In this document: in pieces, positions 35,471 to 48,971 of the stretch
How positions within the stretch are numbered: position 1 is the first letter of the stretch
How the letters are laid out: every line of letters begins with the position of its first letter
DNA from: Hemiscyllium ocellatum
Lineage: Eukaryota
Assembly: GCF_020745735.1 (NCBI RefSeq)
Contig: NC_083440.1
Location: forward strand, 32,598,468 to 32,662,467
Direction: 5' to 3'
DNA: 64,000 bases
The notes under the pieces: model-generated
The model's database searches: none
The model's input: the letters and a program-made list of their open reading frames with translations, nothing else
What the model was told of the DNA's origin: nothing
Translations under genes and position numbers: made by a program

Positions 35471-36730
35471 TGGAAAAACAGCCTTATTCTGATCCTCTAT
35501 CTTATGATGTTGTGGTCTCAAAATGACGTGGTTAAAATATGCAGTGACCCTTACTTGAAAATAAATCCGAATGCGGTCAATGCTTCATTCCCTGCTCAGG
35601 AATGACCTGTTGGCCTTGGACATTGTACATGGATTTTTATCTGGTACTGAGCTCTTTAACTTCATTTATGGGATCAGACCACAGACCAAGTGGGTATCAC
35701 ATTTGATGAACTGGGATAAACGTGATCTCACTGAGCTTCTTTAAGATGCTCTCTGTAAGTAGTAGATGAGGCAGGAGAATAAATTCTGGTAAGAATGCTA
35801 CAATAGGGATGAATGAACGAGGAACTCGAGACAGGCTGATTTAGCCTGGTTTAGGGTGGTGATGTTTACACAGTGGGTAGTGGATGTCTATAAAATTAGT
35901 GTACATTTCCATCACGTTTGTAGATTAATTTAAGACGCTTTTGTTTGTTTTTTTCTCTCCCCTGCTCGGTGAAGAAATTTAAAAAATGCAGCTTGGTAAA
36001 TAAAGTAAAAGTACAGACCAGTCATGAAATAAATGAATGGAGGGAAAGACGTAAGGAGATGGGTGTCCTTCTTGATATCCCATGCTGTACTCAGTGTCTT
36101 GTTTTCAGATCTACTCCAAAGTCAGCCCACGAGGAACAATGACATAAATTAGAGAATGACATCACACCAATAACGCAAAGTATTTTTGATCACGTTAAAT
36201 ATAATGAACAGAATTTCCATGGATATTCCCCGCTCCTGTAACACTTTAGATCACTGCAAAGAGAATAATTATTATTTATTATAATTTGTCCGAAATTTGG
36301 GATGTGATTTGGCCGTCAGCGTGACCAGCAGCACTTGCACCTAAGGGTTATGAACATGGAATTGAACTCATTATATTCAGATTACTCTTGTCACAAGTAT
36401 CAATAGATCGTCTTAAGTGAGAGACAAACTCTGAAAGAATGGTAATTCCATGGGTTACATAATGGTGTCTTCGATGATTTTACCTTTTTTCACAGATTTC
36501 ACTTGTTACAAAGTCAGTGTTCTTTAGGAATAATTACACAGGGTATGTCATAGGTAATCACAAATGCTTTCACAAATCAAAATACATCAACAATAGTAAG
36601 CATCATTTCAGCAATAGTTGGAGTTGCCTTTTTGAAGGTGGTGTCTTCACCCTGTGAAGAAGTAATCTGAAGATTGGGTGTTTGTATCATAAAGGGGCAT
36701 TTTTCATTGACTTTGATTTTTGTTTCATAG

Positions 36731-37039
36731 AAGATACCGAGTGTCACCCTAACACCGTTAAAATCCTCCTACCGCCAGTAGAACAAGTCTTACTGGAGGC
36801 GATGGTGACGTTAACCTGCGTTGTGTCCAATCTTCCTTCTGGAGTCAACGTGACCTGGAAACAAGAAAAGAAGCCTCTGAAATCAGAGATTGCTGACCAG
36901 CCTGGACAGAATCCCGACAGCGTGATCAGCAAATTAGCCATTTCTACTGAAGCCTGGCTGAGTGGCGTTACTTTTGAATGTGTGGTGTACCATCAGAATC
37001 TACCGACTCCGCTGAGAGACTCCATCCACAAGGAGAACG
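36731..37039 (+). CDS. IGHM: Cmu3 exon
   Basis: TTTCATAG| acceptor; [23 protein letters not shown]...VTWKQE...[13 protein letters not shown]; AACG|GTGAG; 309 nt. Confidence 0.95.
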
Positions 37040-37494
37040 GTGAGCGGTGAGATTAAAACACAAAGCATCACATGTGGAATCCAGATCCAGTTACATCAAT
37101 GGCAGGCTTTGACTGGTAATGAACAAACACCGTTGGGAGCATTAATGATGCATCTGAAGGCAGGATAGCTAAGTAGCTGATTAAGAAAAAGATGGACCAA
37201 AGGATATTGTATTCTGATTAAGTCAGATAAGGTGGGAAGAAACCTGGGTTGTGATGTCACCATCAGCAATGACAGTTGGACAGAATGCCCTTGTTGTGGG
37301 CTGGAAACATGGAGGCAACTTTCACATTAAACTTTACTTTTTTTACTGAACAGAATGTGTACCATACTACTCCTTTAGAAAATGAAAGTGAATAAATCCC
37401 AAATTTAAAATGGCATATTTTAATATTTAGTGTAATTGTGATATTGGTTCAGGATGTTTTTGGTTGATTTATATTTGTCTCAAATATTCTGCAG

Positions 37495-37886
37495 TGATTA
37501 ATCCGCTGGAGCCATCAGTGTCGGTCCTCCTGTCACCAACAGAAGAAATCTCCGCTCAGAGGTTTCTCTCCCTCACCTGTTTAGTGAGAGGTTTCTCCCC
37601 CCGAGAGATCTTCGTCAAGTGGACAAACAATGACAAGCAGGTGAATCCCAGTAACTACAAGAACACCGAGGTGATGGCGGAGAGTGACAACACCTCATTC
37701 TTCATCTACAGCCTGTTATCCATTACAGCGGAGGAGTGGGCTAGCGGTGCTTCTTACTCCTGTGTGGTGGGACATGAAGCGATTCCATTGAAGATCGTCA
37801 ACAGAACAGTCGATAAATCCAGCGGTAAACCGAGTTTCGTAAACATTTCACTTGCACTGATGGACACTATCAATTCATGTCAATAA
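37495..37886 (+). CDS. IGHM: Cmu4 exon plus secretory tailpiece
   Basis: EPSVSVLL...[17 protein letters not shown]...YSCVVGHEA...[24 protein letters not shown]; internal donor AGCG|GTAAAC after 37824 for the membrane form; penultimate Cys. Confidence 0.96.
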
Positions 37887-37922
37887 AAATCTCAAAGTTG
37901 CATTTAATAATTCAACAGAAGT

Positions 37923-37928
37923 AATAAA
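37923..37928 (+). terminator. PolyA signal of secreted IgM (another AATAAA overlaps the stop at 37882-37887)
   Basis: AATAAA 37 nt after the stop codon. Confidence 0.7.
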
Positions 37929-39039
37929 GTTTTTTTTCCCTCCAGTTGTGAGGTAAATACTGAATTAGTTGTTTCTCACTCTGACTTACACTGCATCGGT
38001 GTAGTTAAAGTGGATTACTAACTGGTCGAGGACAAGTGTCTTGTGCAGTTAATGTTCTCTGCTCAGATACACCCTGGGTCAGAGACAGAGTAAAGCTCAC
38101 TCATTGCAGGATTTCGCCAAGTCCCTTATCCATCTTAATTCCCTCTGTGACAAAATCTGACAATGTCCATTTTATGTCAAGGGTAGAGCACGAGTTTTGA
38201 ACTTGGTGTTCTTGATTCTCCTAATTGGACATTCTTACAAAATTCATGTCAGTTTTCAACTGCCACATTGCGCCAATTGGAAATGTAAATTTAAGACACT
38301 TTAAAATTAAATTTGATTGGAACATAACAATCGTAAAGAGTGCAGAACAGTTTGAATGTAACCTTTATTTCTGGGGAACTGCCAGGGATCTTGCGCCAGC
38401 GCATGAGTTGACAGAATGTATCTTCACTTTCACACCAAAGAGAATCGACAGATAAGTTGTCATGGAGCAGAGGGGAGGGGAACGATGAAAGGTCTGTCCT
38501 CTTGCTCCCTGTGCAGAGTTTTCATGGTAGATGTCCTCTGTAATGTAACAGGAACAGTCAGCTTCTTGCTTACTGTCCAAAGATTGAACATTTCCATGCA
38601 AAATAATACCTTTGAAACACGTTGGACACGCTTGGCTCTGTTAACAAATGATTAGCATTGATTCCCATAATCCAAAACTGGTGTTTGCATCGTCCCGGTT
38701 TGAATTCGATAGTTTTGTCTCAGTTTTCTGGAGCACATGGGATCAATTCTGGTATTCGAATACCTGATATCATTTTGTTTCACATACAGAACACAAGTAG
38801 ACATTTTCTAATCAACATATTCAGGAATGTTATCTCTGGGGCAGTGGGGATTTGAACTCATGCCTTTTCTCTCAGAGACAGAAATTGTATCACTTCAACA
38901 GAAGAGTTGCTCATAAAACGCTTATCTCTCCACAACGATGGGAAATGTTTCCTACAACATCAAGGTCAAATCTAATTATGGGCAATCCATTGAAATTAGA
39001 ACAATAAATTAGAATAATAAAAATTGCAGTCTGGTATAA

Positions 39040-39780
39040 GAACAGATACAGAAAGATGATCACAAATACACCTGTAATGACACATATATGGGCTCTCACG
39101 TAACGACACATATTTGTGTGCACACTCAAATATGCATATAGATAAGATGTCACACATGCATACTCGCACAGAGCCACACATGCAAGTGGTACTTGAACAC
39201 TCACCTAAGCTCATACAAAAACTCACATACACCGAAAGAAAATTGTTTGCACAAATGAACAGGGGTACTCACACATAACCATGAGAAATATAGACACACG
39301 GTAACACACAAATGGGCATGAATACATATACATTCATACAGCACAATGCGTACAGACATGCACGCATGAACACACAGATACAAATTCCGAAAAATGTCCT
39401 CCCACATGTCAACTCATACAGGCACGTAAGTGCACAGAAATAAATATTAATATCATTATTTTCCCATTTTCAGAATCACAAACATACGATGACAGAGGCA
39501 GCTTAATTAGTTATTTTTAAACCACATTGATCAGCATGTATACAATGTCACACGTACACACAAATTCAGAGTCTCACATGCAGACACACAAGTGCATAGA
39601 TCAACAAATAGAGGGGCGTTTATTAAATAAGGATAATGGGCACAAGCATCAGCAAGCATCCACACACAGTAACACAAACAAGCTTCTCAGGAGATGGTTT
39701 GGGAAAGATTGCCACACAAGCAAACATCACCATATAAATATAAACATCCATCAAAACATAACATTGCATGCTAACATTTA
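39040..39780 (+). repeat. CA-rich low-complexity tract in the Cmu4-TM1 intron
   Basis: Dense CACA/ACAC/ACAT runs on the top strand. Confidence 0.7.
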
Positions 39781-40640
39781 TTAAGCATAAACATGAAAAT
39801 AACCTAGTTTAGGTAGGAACTGAAACAGACACAGAAGCACACATTTTAGATAGCACTAATGAAAGTGAGCACTCACAAAGACATTACAAGATAAGCATAG
39901 GCAGCAACAAAATGGCATATTAGCATGATGATGCTGACACAATGTGAAAAGACCAAAATTTCGGTGCACAAACACATGAGCACACCAGCAGTAAAGGAAC
40001 AGGAATATGTTTATTCATGCACAGACTCCAACATGGGCAAGAGGGAAGGAAGAGACTCTCATAACCACATACACATTAAAGGGAAACCAAACACACCAAG
40101 CAATAGGTCAAATATATTAAGGGACACATGTACAAAAACTTACTCCTAAATATACAGATCCTACAAACAAAAATATGAAGCAATGCCCTGACTGTGATGT
40201 CACTTATATTCACGATTTGCCAAGCAATTGGTCACCAATACATAAAGGTGAGAATCACATTTGAACTTTTATTCAGTGATGACCACAATTTTCAACTGAA
40301 GTGCTGTCACAGCCTATATTTAAAATATAATGATATAATTAAAATAATCATTTGTAATAAGCATTCCTCAAATAATAATATCCTTAACTGATAGATTAAA
40401 AGAAAAATAATTTAAAACGTTCTGACGTGGACAATGAAGAAAGAACATGTGCAGTTAGTATTTGTAATTTCTTGCTGAGAGTCAATAATGCACTGATGGA
40501 TAGAGATAAGAGTCACACTTGAGAAATACCTGACTGCTTTATGAAGATGTAATGGTCTCTAATTACATGACTTGGATGCACATAGATCGATCTGGATCAA
40601 TAAATGATCTAAATGCGTTCTCTCGGCTTTATATTCATAG

Positions 40641-40768
40641 ATTCAATAGATCGCACTTGGATTGAAGACTATGACGATGATAACAGCAACATCTGGACAA
40701 CTGCTTCCACGTTCATCACCTTGTTCTTCCTGAGTATTTTCTACAGCGCTGCCGTCACACTGGTGAAG
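40641..40768 (+). CDS. IGHM: IgM TM1 exon
   Basis: DSIDRTWIEDYDDDNSNIWTTASTFITLFFLSIFYSAAVTLVK; CART-type motif; AAG|GTGAGA donor. Confidence 0.96.
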
Positions 40769-40907
40769 GTGAGAATAATCACATCTTTCTCAGGCCAAGC
40801 AGCCCAATATGTTTTGTGAAATCTCTAAGTGTACCATTGTATAAACATTAAATCTGAAAGTCCCTGATCATAAATATCTGCGTCATTGCTTTATCTCTCT
40901 TTTCCAG

Positions 40908-40916
40908 GTTAAGTGA
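40908..40916 (+). CDS. IGHM: IgM TM2 exon (VK*)
   Basis: TTTTCCAG|GTTAAGTGA gives the canonical KVK cytoplasmic tail. Confidence 0.93.
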   Translation, partial: VK

Positions 40917-41343
40917 ATGAATTGTGGATCCCCTTGATTTTCCTGATCTGCTTATCAAGGTCTCTGAATTCCCAATCTGCAATCTGTCCTGTTGCTGACT
41001 CTAACAGTGAGATCACTTCAGTTTATCAGTGTGTAACTGACAATTATTGATGGATTTTCGTTTTTACTTTGATATCTTTGAGATGGTTGTGGTTGGAAGA
41101 ATTTGTAGTTTCCCTGTTGTTTGAAGCCCATTTGTTTTGTTTTTATTTGTTCCTTACTCAGAATGGTTGCCTACCCTTTCTGATGAGCCTTTGTATTCCC
41201 TTTCTTGTGACTGTTACTGATGTACAGAAAATTCCCACCTCACAGCGCATGTGTTCTCGTCTCAATGTGGCGACCAGCCATTATATTCACTTCTGTTAGC
41301 TTTTACATCAACTTTTTGGATAAAAATGCTTTCTGAAATGGTT

Positions 41344-41349
41344 AATAAA
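41344..41349 (+). terminator. Probable polyA signal of membrane IgM
   Basis: First clear AATAAA after TM2. Confidence 0.6.
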
Positions 41350-42218
41350 TCTCGAATGAATATGCACTAAACTTGAGTTTGCTTCATTCTTTCTTCAAGG
41401 CCAGTCAGTAATCATATATTTTCCCACATCCGACTCCTGTCCCAGCCAAATACTTTCACTTGTTCTGTTTGGTTGTGTTTCATACAGTCATTTAGTTTAA
41501 TGTTGCGCTGCCATGCAGCCCACTAATGTAAATACATCTTTCACACGATATGCATGATGGAACATTCCAGAGGCAGAATGATTAGAGAACATTTCCTCTT
41601 ATGCACCAAGATCACGGCCTCGGGTCACGTAATGATACAAATTAGGAGCTTTGCTCCACCAGAAGCCTATAAAAGGCAGGCAAAGGAGTTTGAAAGTTTA
41701 CTCTATACCGTCTAAACTACATGTACTCCCAATGTTCGGACAACCTGGGTTAGTAATGCATAAATCGCCACCTAAATCGCCCAAAGAAACATTCATCAGC
41801 CAAAAATGTCAACGCTCAGTCAGTAGTCAGACACAACACGTGCACAATCCAAGGGCGGATTCTCAGAACTGGAGATTTTCTCACACAAAAATCTCATGGA
41901 GCAGAATTCCTGGGATCTATTTGACACACCACACCTGTCAAATCCCAGGGAATGAGACTGAGATCTATCTGATACAGGGATATTACTGAACAGCAACCCT
42001 CAATAATAATAAATCAGAGGTCGATGTTGATCAGACAAGGCCCTGAAATATTCAGCCATTGGGATCTATATGTTCAAGCACAGGTTAAAACAACAAGGAC
42101 TCCAAACACTGAACTCTGAGAACGTACACGATAAAGCAACCTATATTCTGAAACAGCAAACACCCGTTAAGAAGTACAAAACAGCGGGTTAGATTAAGGG
42201 AAGTTACTCCGAAAGTTA

Positions 42219-44700
42219 TAGAGAGATGGCTGACAATGAGGGGGAGTGGGAGGAACAGTGCAGGGACACCCTGCGGTCATCCTCCTCAAGAACAAGTATA
42301 CCGTTTTGGATACTTGTGGGGGAATGACTTACCAGGTGTAAGCAACGAGGTTCAGGCCTCTGGCACGGAGCCTGTCCCCGTTACTCAGAAGGGAAGGGTG
42401 GAGAAAGGTAGAGCGATTGTTATTGGGGACTCAATAGTATGGGGCACAGATAGGCGGTTTTGCTGGGGCGATAGAGACTCACGATTGGTATGTTGCCTCC
42501 CAGGTGCAAGGATACGTGATGTCTCTGATCGTGTTTTCCGGGTCCTTAAGAGGGAGGGGGAAATTATGATGCGGTGAGGCATGACTTAGGATGCGTGGAT
42601 TAGAAAAATAGGCTTCAAGGGAAGAACACAAATGATATGAGGAGATTGTTCAAGGAACAGCTAATGGGTGTCCTTGATAAGTATGTACCAATCAGGCAGG
42701 GAGGAAAGGGTCTTGTGAGGGAGCCGTGGTTTAATAAGGAATTGGAATCCCTTGTCAAAGGGAAGAGTGCGGCCTATGTAAAGATGAGCCGTGAAGGTTC
42801 AGTTGGGGCAATTGAGAGTTATAAGGTAGCCAGGAAGGATCTAAAAAGAGAGCTAAGAGCTGCGAGAAGGGGACATGAAAAGTCCTTAGTTGGTAGGATT
42901 AGGGAAAACCCAAAGGCTTTCTATAGGTATGTACAGAATAAAAGGATGACGAAGGTAGGTATCGGTCCAGTCAAGGATAGTAGTGGGAAGTTTGCGTGGA
43001 GACGGAGGAGATTGGAGAGACACTAAATCAATACTTTTCGTCAGTATTCACTCTGGAACAGGACACTGTTGCTTATGTGAATATTGAGTCACAAGTGATT
43101 AGAATGGATGGCCTTGAGGTATGTAGGGAAGAGGTCTGGGGAATACTGGAAAGGATGAAAATAGATAAGTTCCCTGGGCCTGATGGCATTTATCCTAGGA
43201 TCCTCTGGGAAGCAAGGCATGAGATAGCGGAGCCATTGGCCTTGATTTTTATGTCGTCGTTGTCTACGGGAATAGTGCCAGAAGACTGGAGGATAGTGAA
43301 TGTGGTCCCCTTGTTCAAGAAGGGGAGTAGGGATAGCCCTAGTAACGATGGGCCAGTGAGTCTTACTTCTGTTGTGGGCAAAGTCTTAGAGAGAATTGTA
43401 AGGGATAGGATTTATGAACATCTGGATAGGAATAATGTGATCAAGGATAGTCAGCATGGTTTTGTGAAGGGCAGGTCGTGCCTCACAAACCTTATTGAGT
43501 TCTTTGAGAAGGTAACCAAGGGTAAAGCAGTAGATGTGGTGTATATCGATTTTAGCAAGGTGTTCGATAAGGTATCCCATGGCAGGCTAATGCAAAATCT
43601 ACGGAGGTATGGCATTGAGGGTGCATTAGAGGTTTGGATTAGGAATTGGCTGGCTGGAAGGAGACAGAGGGTAGTAGTTGATGGTAAAGGTTCATCTTGG
43701 AGTGCAGTTACTAGCGGTGTTCCACAAGGATCTGTTTTGGGACCATTGCTGTTTGTCATTTTTATAAATGACCTAGAGGAGAGGCGTGAAAGCTGGGTGA
43801 GCAAGTTTGCGGATGACACGAAAGTTGGTGGAGTTGTGGACAGTGAAGAAGGATGTGACAGGTTACAGCAGGATAAAGATAAGTTGCAGAGCTGGGCAGA
43901 AAGGTGGCAAATGGAGTTCAATGTAGCTAAGTATGAAGTCATTCACTTTGGTAGGAGTAACAAGAAGATGGGTTACTGGGCTAATGGTAGGCTACTTGGT
44001 AGTGTGGATGAGCAGAGGGATCTTGGTGTCCATGTACACAGATCTCTGAAAGTTGCCACCCAGGTAAATAGTGCTGTGAAGAAGGTATATGGTGTACTGG
44101 GCTTTATTGGTAGAGGAATTGAGTTCCGGAGTCCTGAGGTCATGTTGCAGTTGTATAAGACTCTGGTGCGGCCTCATCTGGAGTATTGTGTGCAGTTTTG
44201 TTCACCATACTATAGGAAGGATGTGGAGGCATTGGAACGAGTGCAGAGGAGGTTTACCAGGATGTTGCCTGGCATGGTAGGAAGATCGTATGAGGAAAGG
44301 CTGAGGCACTTGGGGCTGTTCTCATTGGAGAAAAGAAGGTTTAGGGGAGATTTGATAGAGGTGTACAAGATGATTAGGGGTTTAGATAGGGTTGACAGTG
44401 AGAACCTTTTTCCGCTAATGGAGTCAGCTGTTACTAGGGGAAACAGCTTTAAATTAAGTGGAGGTTGGTATAGGACAGATGTTAGGGATAGATTCTTTAC
44501 TCAGCGGGTTGTGAGTTCATGGAATGCTCTGCCAGTAGCAGTGGTGGACTCTCCCTCTTTATGGTCATTTACGCGGGCATTGCTTAAGCATATGGAGGTT
44601 ATTGAGCTAGTGTAGGTTAGGTAGGCTTCGGTCGGCGCAACATCGAAGGCCGAAGAGCCTGTACTGCGTTGTATTTTTCTATGTTCTATGTTCTACGTTA
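42219..44700 (+). mobile_element. Young CR1 LINE: ORF1 esterase remnant fused by internal deletion to ORF2 (RT), with tail
   Basis: AIVIGDSIV (SGNH/GDSL-like) in ORF 42236-42577; ORFs 42637-43026 and 42996-44615 (539 aa, FADD motif) offset by a frameshift; (TTCTATG)n tail; GTTA at 42215-42218 and 44697-44700 as candidate TSD. Confidence 0.93.
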
Positions 44701-44959
44701 ACTTGAACTCATCAAAATAAAAGGAAAGTACTCTGGAAATACAGCAGTGTAGGTAAGACCTGGGCAGACAGAGTGGAGTTTGTTTTTTAAAATTCTTGTT
44801 TATATCCAGAATTTACCTTCCACACAATGTAACCTTTTATTTCCCATCACCCAAGTGCCCCATAGTATCTTTATTTTCAGCTACTAACTATCACCAGTAA
44901 ATTGAATAATTTATGTTCAAAGCCCCTCCCACCACCAAAGCTACGGCAGGAGTTGGAAG

Positions 44960-46760
44960 AGCTAGAAGGAGATTGGAGTCATTTTTTCTTGTAGTGAAAC
45001 ATTACTGCTGTTCTAACACAAGGTATTTCTGAGGGATGGTCCAGTGAAGCTATGTGGATGGAACTCAGAAATAAAAAGGTCATGGTTACTTTGATGCAAT
45101 TGTAATAGTCCCCCAGTAGTCAGAGTTAAATTGAGTAACAAATATGTGGAGAAATCTTATTTATATGTAAGAATAATAGGATTGTAATAATCACAAATTT
45201 TAACCTTCCAAACATAAAGTGGGACAGTCATGGTCTTAAGAGCTTGGATGGTGAGGAATTTGGTAAGTGATAAAGTCAATTTTCTTCATTAATATGCAGA
45301 TGTAACTATCACAGAAGCAGCAAACCTGACCTACTCTTGTGATATAAGGCAGGGCAAGTGACTGAATGGTTAGTAGGGGAGCTTTTTGGGGCCGGGGTCA
45401 TAATTCGATTAGTTTAAAATAGGCGAATCTCTTTGGATTATCTTTAACATTATCTCCAGTTCAGGCAGCATCCTGGTAAACCTTCTTTGCACCCTCTCCA
45501 AAGCCTCTATCTATTTCTTATAGCAGGGCGACCAGAACTGGACACAATATTCCAGGTGTGGTCTCACCAGGGACTTGTAGAGCTGTAGCAAAACCTTGCT
45601 GCTCTCAAACCCGATTCCCCTGTAAATGAAAGCCTAAACACCATATGCTTTCTGGGGACGGTGTCATATTTCAGGTACTTATGAGCTCTGCCTTGCCTGA
45701 TCAACATTGACCTCTGATTTATTATTTTTGAGGGTTGCTGTTCAGTAATATCCCTGTATCAGATAGATCTCAGCCTATCTCAGAAGGGGTAAATGTAGGG
45801 GAATGGGTCAGTGTTGGGCCGAAGGGCCTGTTTCCACACTGTAAGTAATCTAAAAAAAAGTTAAACTGCAAACTAAATATTGCATCTAATTACGACAAAA
45901 AAATTAGCAATTCAATGACATCAAATTGGAAAGGAATGTTGAAATGTAGCCAATTCTGAGGACTACAAGAAGTTGCAAGAGATCATTAATTAATTTATGG
46001 TATATTCAAATAATTAGCAAATGAAGATCCACACAGATAAACGTAAGGTGTTACAGCTTGGTAGGAATAATGTGCAGGTCACTTATTCAAAGATGCACGT
46101 CTCAGTGAGGGAGACAAACAAAGGGATTTCAGGCAATTACATCAGTCACTAACAATTTCACCACGTGTTCCAAAGGACATAAAAATGCAAACAAAGCTCT
46201 AAGTTTTATCTCTAAAGGGATAGATTTGAAAGTAGGGTCACTATAAAAATTTGGTTGACTATAATTAAGAGTATTGCCTGCAGTTCGAGTTGACATATTA
46301 TAGAATGTATGAGAGAGAGTGAAGAGATGATTTATGAGAATGCTACACAAGTTTTTGGCTGTGTATATCAAGGAAGAATTGTTGTGCTGTTCACTTCTCT
46401 CCTGAAAAGAAGGATGACAGTTCTAAAATTATGAAAGGTTTTGAAAAGAGAAGGTACAGAGAAAACATTTCACTATGGGATAGAATATAACTCGAGTCTG
46501 TCAATATAAGACGGTACCTCAATAAGTCCAAAAGGGAATTCAGAAGAAACCTCTTCACTAAAAGAATGATGAGAATGGGGAATATGTGACCAGACGGAAT
46601 AGTTGAAAGCAATAGTTTAGATGTATTTCAAGGAAATTAGGTGACCACTTGGAAGGGATGGGAATAGAGAATTACAACGGGCGATTTAGATGAGGAAAGA
46701 TGTGAAACACCTTGAGTAGAACATAAGCACTGGCATAAACTGATTGTGCCAAATGGTCTG
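44960..46760. mobile_element. Mosaic of degenerate CR1 fragments and a SINE 3' end (~45790-45850)
   Basis: EN-like remnants, minus-strand RT piece at 45454-45653, plus-strand 3' piece. Confidence 0.6.
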
Positions 46761-47829
46761 TTTTCCCTCTGTAATCCTATGTAGAAAATCACCATTGTAT
46801 GAAACAAAAAGTGCATTAAGAACATTTAGAAGAATTATAAAGTTTCTCACAAAAAAGTCTCAAGTATCCAGCAGTGAATGTAAATGATTTTATCACATGG
46901 CCACACTTCACTATTTGCTTGATAGCACTGAAAAAGCAATAATCACAGTACTCTTACTAGGAATAGGAATAACACATCGTCCATGCACCAATTGGGGGAT
47001 CTCAATGACTTACTAATGGCCTCAGTAGGAGCTGCCAACCTGGTCCTGGGAATGTTGTGAACACTCTAGCCCTCACGGCTTCTTTCACTCACTCTGATTT
47101 CCAGTTCCTGTAATGATCGCCTCCATGGACAGGGGACTGTTCCAGTGTGCAGATGGGATACCCTGTTGTGAGCCATAAGGTTCTTCATTAGGAAGGACAT
47201 CCTCCAGGTGTGTCACTAGGATGCAGGGGGAGGTCTCCCACACAATGGAGGACCTTACTGCTAATAAACTGTCAGTATTGGCGGGAACGCACTCTACATT
47301 GGCCACCTGAGTGGCCATCCTTTCCCGAATTTGGGATCAATAAAATACTACGGAGGTGGAAATATGAAAGCCACTGAAACTCCTTCCTTCCGTTATCATC
47401 TTCCACCCTATTAACCACCTAATGACCTTGCATCCTGTCCCTAGAGGGCTGATAGAACCCAGTCCCATTCCAATATTCAAGAATATGAAGAGCTGGCAAC
47501 CTGGTCAAAATTGATAAAGCTTAAAACAAACAGTCTTGGCCTGACTGTCAAATTCCAAAGTGTAACTTGAGATGAGTTCAATAAAAATGGCAGAAGTACA
47601 GAAATAACCACTTCCATTCATCAGAAACAAATTTCTATGAATGGGAACGGGTGGTCTGCTATTTGGAATGGAGCAGTGCATTTGAAAAGTGAATGAGGAG
47701 CAGCAATGTTTTGTGTTGGACGTGTGCACAATTTGAAACTGTTTGCTGATTCAGTTTTGCTAAAGGTTTGGCAGATACATTCCAATGAGAATCAATTAAA
47801 TCTGCTAAAGTGGATATTAATACTCACAT

Positions 47830-48612
47830 TTATGAGATGCTTTAACATAGAACATAGAATATTGTGGGCACGGTATTTGGCCCACAACTTGTGCCAAGGT
47901 TTAATCCTAATGTAAAATATAATAACAACCCACACACCTCTCAACTCACTGCTAAACATTTGCATGTCCAGCAGTTACTTAAATGTCCCTAATGACTCTG
48001 CTTCCACCACCACTGCTGGCAAAGCATTCCATGCATTCACAACACTCTGCATAAAGAACCCACCTCTAACGTCTCCTCTATACCTTTCTCCTAATACCTT
48101 AAAACTATGACCCCCTCGTACCAGTCAATCCTGCCCTGGGGAAAATTCTCTAGCTATTGATTTTATCTATTCCTCTCATTATTTTGTATACCTCAATCAG
48201 GTCTCCTCTCTTTCTCCTTCTCTCCAGAGAGAAAAGTCTGAGCTTATTCAACCTTTCTTCATGAGGCAAGCCCTCCAGTTCAGGCAGCATCCTGGTAAAC
48301 CTTCTTTGCACCCTCTCCAAAACCTCTATCTATTTCTTATAGCAGGGCGACCAGAACTGGACACAATATTCCAGGTGTGGTCTCACCAGGGACTTGTAGA
48401 GCTGTAGCAAAACCTCGCTGCTTTCAAACTCGATTCCCCTGCAAATGAAAGCCTAAACACCATACGCTTTCTTAACAACCCTATCCACTTGGGTAGCAAC
48501 TTTGAGGGATCTATGTACTTGCACACCCAGATCCCACTGTTCCTCCACACTGCCAAGAATCCTGCCGTTAACCCTATATTCAGCATTCGAGTTTGACCTT
48601 CCAAACTGGAAA
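47830..48612 (-). mobile_element. CR1 3' portion with tail
   Basis: Minus ORF 48453-48707 (FGRSNSNAEYRVNGRILGSVEEQWDLGV); tail AACATAGAACATAGAA. Confidence 0.88.
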
Positions 48613-48757
48613 AGGATGCACCGAACGCCAAACAGGAGAAGGTTGTTGGCATGTATCAGAAGAGTTAGGACCAATGACATGAAACCGGCTTTTAAGCAAG
48701 CATTCAAAGTGAGAATGAGTACCAGAGGGCATGTAAGGAAGTTTATCAGTAAAGTAC

Positions 48758-48971
48758 TGAAAATGTGTTGCTGGTTAAATCACAGCAGGTTAGGCAGCAC
48801 CCAAGGAACAGGAAATTCGACGTTTCGAGCCAGAGCCCTTCATCAGGAATGTCGGGCTCTGGCCCGAAACGTCGAATTTCCTGTTCCTTGGATGGTGCCT
48901 AACCTGCTGTGCTTTAACCAGCAACACATTTTCAGCTCTGATTTCCAGCATCTGCAGACCTCACTTTTTAC
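48758..48971. mobile_element. Family-A element, inverted pair, with 14-bp TSD
   Basis: TATCAGTAAAGTAC at 48744-48757 and 48972-48985. Confidence 0.9.
48815..48850 (-). ncRNA. Minimal type-I hammerhead ribozyme motif, intact core
   Basis: Revcomp ATTC-CTGATGA-A-GGGC-TCTG-GCTC-GAAA-CGTC-GAAT. Confidence 0.75.
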
